Source of the DNA: Klebsormidium nitens
Taxonomy: Eukaryota; Plantae; Klebsormidiophyceae
Direction of reading: 5' to 3'
DNA: 64,000 nucleotides
NCBI GenBank assembly: GCA_000708835.1
Contig: DF237118.1
Coordinates: 62,001-126,000, forward strand
The notes under the pieces: generated by a model
The model's input: the letters and a program-made list of their open reading frames with translations, nothing else
What the model was told of the DNA's origin: nothing
Databases searched by the model: none
In this document: piece after piece, positions 58,827-64,000 of the stretch
How positions within the stretch are numbered: the first letter of the stretch is position 1
How the letters are laid out: each line of letters begins with the position of its first letter
Position numbers and translations under genes: made by a program

Positions 58827-59647
58827 GGCTGCTGTCGGCGTGAGCTGCTCGATCAGAGCACACAATGCTGTGGCTTCAAGAGAGGCCGAGATCTTGCAGA
58901 GACACGCTGTTGCAAGATTGGTGCTCATCTTCCCTGCACGGATCAATCCTGCCTCAGCCTGCTCTGGACTCCTGTTTTGAGAGGCGCGCCGCAGCTGTCG
59001 ATCTTGCACAATCGGACTTTGCTGTGCCCAAAACGAAGCCAAACGCAGCGCGCATGCATGCGGCCACCTCAGCAATGACGGCACCAAATAAAGGTCCAAG
59101 AGCCGTCGATATCGCCCTCCATTCTTGCAGATGGAAAGGAGCGCGCTGAAGCCGTTCGATCCAACAACGAGAAGTAGCACAAGCCGTCCGATGGAAAGCA
59201 GTACATAACTGTCCGGCCTGACGTCAATCATGCAGATTCCTTTTCCGATGAAGTGGATCCACCATTTTCAGTAGCAGCACCAATTCACGTCCAGTCGACA
59301 GTGGCGTTGATGGAGGCCAGGCATGATCCTCTTTCTGCAATTATACCTTCGCACAGTTGGTCTACGTTCTGGGTTCTGATCAGCAAGGCTGCCTCTGTTG
59401 AACTGATGTGACTTGTTTACTGAAGTCCACATGAGACCTAACAGGGCGCAAGGCGGGCGCGGTGAATCTCGTCATTGGTTTTCAGCCCGCTCAAGTCTGC
59501 ACCCCCCACAGACAGCAGCTCACGTTCCAATGCTGGCAATGTCAGCAGTCTGATGTTAAAAAGGATTCATGGGATTGTCTGGTGTTGTGAGGAGCTGTGA
59601 ACTTCACATTCAGCATTGTTAGGCAGCAGATGCGCTATTTATCAAGG

Positions 59648-62600
59648 ATGGAGTCTATTTCGCAGTTTGTGTTGTACGGGACAGGAGCACTCTTTGCTGC
59701 TGCTGCACTGAAAACAGTCTATGTCAAGGCGGTGAGATCAGACATACTGGTTGATGTGTCAATATCTCCAGTATTGAAGCAGATGCGCTGGCCAGTTCAT
59801 GCGTCTCACAGGTGAGGGATTCGCAAGCTTTCTGACACAGGGACAAGTCTGCAGAATCCGAATTGGAGTTGTCTTACAGTCGCAAAGCAATTGAGGCGAA
59901 ACTAAGTTTGCCAGGTTATGAAGTTCAGTGTTACAAGTTGAGGTCTTCGGAGCGCAGACTGTACTGTTTCTGGATCCTTAGCCTTTCTTTATACGGACAC
60001 CTCATCTGAAGCTTGAGCATAAAATTGATGCAAGACACAGCATATGGAGAAATGTTCTCAAATAGGATAACATCTTGCGCTGGACAATGAAAGTACTGGA
60101 AGCCACCAACTGGGGTCGCTTGGACTAATCTTTTTCCGGTATCTTTGCAAAAAGGTGATCTTCTAACAATGCTGTCGAAATACTCATCCAGAATGTTGAC
60201 TTCATTGTTGCAGAGGTGGTAGCCGGGCCTGGCCCGAGAACACAATGCTCGCTTTCCGCAACGCAGTGGGTATGACAGGCGGAGTTGGAGAGGTGCCACG
60301 CACACAAGTCATTGAGTTTGATGTTCAAAAGTCAAGGGACAACATTCTGGTGAGGAGTGTGTAGGAAAGGAAGAGCTGATTGGTGTCACTGCATCTATTG
60401 CTGGCTATCTGCGGAGAAAGTTCCCAAGGCTTCAGACAGCTGCCTGAAAGCTCTTCTCAAGCGTGAGGAATCTAGCAGCAAAGCAAATGAACGAACATGA
60501 ACAACAGAAAGTCATGCGTTACAGACAAGGTCAAAAGTGAAAGGGGGTTTTGAATCTTCAATATGGCCTACCGTCAGACTCAGATGCTGAAGTTGGGCCT
60601 AAGGAAAACAGTCCTTGTGCAGGTTATTATGCATGACTACAACGTTGCCACCACGACAAACGGGACTGGACTTATTTCTCAGCTCACATTGGATGAAATC
60701 AAGTGAGCTACCCGTGCTGCACAAGTTGCAATTGTCGTGTGACTTTGAACAGGATGACCTCAGATTCTGATATAATATAGCAGTCAAAGCTCGTATCAGT
60801 AGCCAATATCCTACGTCTATTACATCCGGTGGATCTCTTCGCAGGAAGCGCTTATCGGCCTTCAACGGTATCTAGGGCATCTCCTAGGGCGTATCGCTCG
60901 TTCCAATGATTACATCTACAAATTTGTGCAGAAAGCTGGATGCAGGATACCGTTTCACCACTGATGAAGGACTCACATATCCTTATCGCGGAAAAGGGAT
61001 CACGGTTCCTACGCTCGAGGAAGTAAGCCCCTAACATCGGAAGCTGCTTTTAAAGTCTACTTGTTTCGAAGCATCCTTCACAATTGTCAGTGGAAGGCAA
61101 CGAAGTTGTATTCCATGAGGAGGCCTCCCGAATGTCGTACATAAGAAAACCTGAGATGAGCTCGTTTGCTGGCTGGGCCTTTGTATCGAGATCTGGAGTA
61201 GGTTAGGCATCTGCCCCAAACCCGTCTGCAGAAATGTCGATCTTTTCAGGATTTGTGATTGTCATGTTTTTGGTCGCAGATGAGGTTAGGTGCAGATTGC
61301 AACTCGTTGAAGGCTACTTTGCTCATTGTGTTAAGCTGAAACTTACTCTCCCAGGTCCTCAGTACTTTCGTGCCAATCAAAGAACTACTCTTCTACATCG
61401 ACTTCAAGAGCCCGGGTGCTGTAGCAGACACACTCGAGGTTGTCAAGCGTTTTGGGATTGAGGAGCGAATCATCATGGGAGCGATTCCTACGGATGCGAA
61501 CTTGGAGGTAGGAGTCTTTGCCTTTCACTTGAACTGTATAAGGTAGTCTTTGAAATAGACTACAAGATATGCACTCTGCTCACAAGGATATTCGAATTTC
61601 GCCAAAATTTTGCTTGTAGGTTGACGAGAACGGCACAGGTTTTGACAACCTTTTGTTTGTCTGTCCGCTTCGACAGCACACCCTTTGAAGCCTTACAGTC
61701 TATTGTCTGGAGTGCATCCAGAGATTAGAATGTCGGGAGATCCCGCGGCCGCCATTAGCATCCTACGAGCTAAGACATTCGACAGCCTCCGAAAATACTG
61801 CTGATTCTGTCGTTTGAGGATCCGTTGTTATATTGTGACGATGCCGCATTGGCGTCTCAGGGTTGCCGTCGGATCTGATCACCGCCTGTAGTTCCGCAGG
61901 TCAGAAGATTAAAGCCGTCCTGCGTTCCGGTAACCCCAGACAAGAACAGCATGATACTCATGTGAGTCTTCAAGTTCCCTAGCTTCCCGTGTCAGCTGAA
62001 GCACTATCCTGGTCCTTTCGATACCTAGAACACTTCTCGAACGATCTCGAAAAGTCGAGCAGACTGGGTATGTTCGCAAGCCGGTTGCAAGTGAACTAAC
62101 TTCTCTCAAAAGCAGAGTCCCTTCACTTTCTCACGCGTTCAAAATTCGAGGGGTGAGAAGCGGGCGGGATGAGCTTGGCCGTTGGTGGCACGTTGGTGGC
62201 ACAACGAGACTCGTCGTCAAGGGGGCCGTTGCGGCCCAGAGCTTTACCTGCGCTTTTTCTCCGTATAGAATGGAGAGCCTCTGGCAACCAACAAGAGGAC
62301 TGACCTGTCTCGTTTCATGACTTAGCGATGATTCCGAGTAGGTCTCAGGACCTTCGGTTCGGAAGCCCGTCCGGCATGCATCACGTGATAGCGCTGGACA
62401 GTCCAGGGAGGCTGACAAACGGCCTTCGGTATCGTTGTGTTGGCAGGCTAGCATGATCCCGTGATTTGTTTCCTTTAGGTATGCGATGTACTGCCTCGGT
62501 TTGCTGTGGGTGGTTCCTATGCGGTTCGAGATCGTGGGGACCACAGCGCACCGCTGGGGCTTCAAAGTGTTGACGCCCGGGCTGGTCAAGGCGTTCCACG

Positions 62601-63272
62601 ACCGCGGAGTACGTCACGTTATCCTTCACGTTGTCATGACGTCACCAAGCTATCTCCTGCATTCTGTAAAGCGGAAGCGGTGCACTTGTGGTTGTTATGC
62701 ACGTTGAGCTGATTGCGGGGCGGCTTGGTTTCGAGCGCGCATGTATTTGCATTGACAAGCCCTCAAGTCACACCAGTTTGAATGGGATTACGGTACGGGC
62801 TGGCAGACGAGGGGGTTGGTGAGACACTTGCGCTCCTGTATCATCGGGTGCAAACGCCGCTGATGATAAGCTTGCTTGACCTTTTGCAGAGATTACTGGC
62901 TGTTTTCGGGCCGCATATCGACACCCCTGAAGGCCAAGTGAGCGCTGCGTTTACTCCGTCTGTCAAGCTGCACATACCGTACTGATGTAAAGGCGTTGTG
63001 TAAATTTCGCATGCTCGCTTCAACACGAGCGCGGCTGGTATATATTGTCAAGGAAAGCGAGTTGGGTCTAGTCTTATGATAATGCGAAGAAGTACGCAGG
63101 ATACCCATGTGGACCTTCCAACTCGATTCATGATTTTGCCCCTCTTTTCATGCAGTTGGACTGCATACGGATGGGCGTCGACATGCTCTTCACCGACAGA
63201 CCCGACGTTTTGAGTGTCACCCTGGAGGGCCTAGCGAAGGAGAAGGAAAGCACAAATAAAGCGCTGAGTTGA
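59648..63272 (+). CDS. GDPD: Glycerophosphodiester phosphodiesterase, GDE4/GDPD1-like, with N-terminal hydrophobic anchor
   Basis: Exons 59648-59811, 60214-60349, 60623-60702, 60932-61022, 61355-61507, 61900-61961, 62479-62608, 62890-62937 and 63156-63272. Motifs: ASHRGG....PENTMLAF, IEFDVQ.S.D..LVIMHD, LDAGYRFT, VPTLEEV, YIDFK and GVDMLFTDRP. Confidence 0.93.
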
Positions 63273-63704
63273 CCTTCCCCGTATTTAACATAAAGACAGT
63301 AAACTTATCTTATCTAGTGGCGACTCAAGTGCGAGGTGTAGACAACGGTCGAAGAGCGTTGTTGTATAGCAGGTTGGCTCGACACAATATGCTGATTCTC
63401 CTATCAAGCATCTAGTCGAAATTGAAGAGTTTCTTGAGACGAACATATAAGGATGCACCTGCGTTCAGGTGTCACTGGAGCACTAAAACGCACGCTCGTG
63501 GAGTACATTGAGGGCCGACTCGTTGTTTGCAGTAGTGATCGTCATATGATAGATGTGCATACTGCATTCCTGCTTAATTGGGCCTTTTTGAGTTGGCTGG
63601 CAACACGAAGGCCTTTCATAGCTAGACGCAAGGGGTTCATGCGGACCTAGGTTTCGTAGATTGTGAACCTTCAACTGGAACCTTTCTTGGATCCCACCAA
63701 ATAT

Positions 63705-64000
63705 TTATTCATGGCATCGTGTCAAAACACCTGTGCAGTGGCGTCCGGACCTCCGGTTTTCCGAATTTCCTTGATGGGGCTGGTGGCCGGTTTTCGGAGC
63801 TCCGTGGCGAAGAGTCGAGGGGGCTGGTGGCCGGTGCCCGGTTGAGCATTTTCGACAGCATTCAAAACCCACAAATTTGTCGGAAAGTCTGCCTATAGAT
63901 AACTGCTCCACCTCGTATACATGTACCAAACGGGTTGCCGGCCCCCTGCGAGAAGCCGCATGGGACAGGCCACAGCAACCGACCGGTCTGGGACGAGATG
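63705..64000 (-). other. Possible 3' exon(s) of a minus-strand gene entering from the right edge
   Basis: Several open frames, GC-rich coding-like texture and an internal 16-bp direct repeat GGGGCTGGTGGCCGGT. No recognisable motif. Confidence 0.25.

Overview
Intron-rich eukaryotic nuclear DNA of the green plant lineage. Plant-type gene families, GT-AG introns of about 0.2-1.8 kb and roughly 50-55% GC suggest a streptophyte alga such as Klebsormidium (inference, no search run). I assembled ten spliced genes by hand and checked phases at every junction: a 2OG-Fe(II) oxygenase (runs off the left edge), an SDR, UFC1, eEF1B-gamma, an SRS2-like UvrD helicase, a 3-ketoacyl-CoA synthase, a DTWD1-like tRNA acp3U transferase, an F-box/LRR protein, an organellar monodehydroascorbate reductase and a GDE4-like glycerophosphodiesterase. 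I found no tRNA, rRNA, CRISPR array or recognisable autonomous transposon. The most unusual signal is a recurrent set of short tandem duplications (about 115-215 bp) that copy an exon-intron junction into the neighbouring intron. They occur at about 8 junctions in 3 genes, some in arrays of 3-6 copies. Several keep working-looking splice sites and predict a free GST-domain isoform of eEF1B-gamma, an in-frame cassette exon in SRS2, and a replacement for a frameshifted SRS2 exon end. Other highlights are a UNG2/SMARCAL1-type RPA32-binding motif at the SRS2 N-terminus and CATG-dense tracts in all three convergent intergenic regions.
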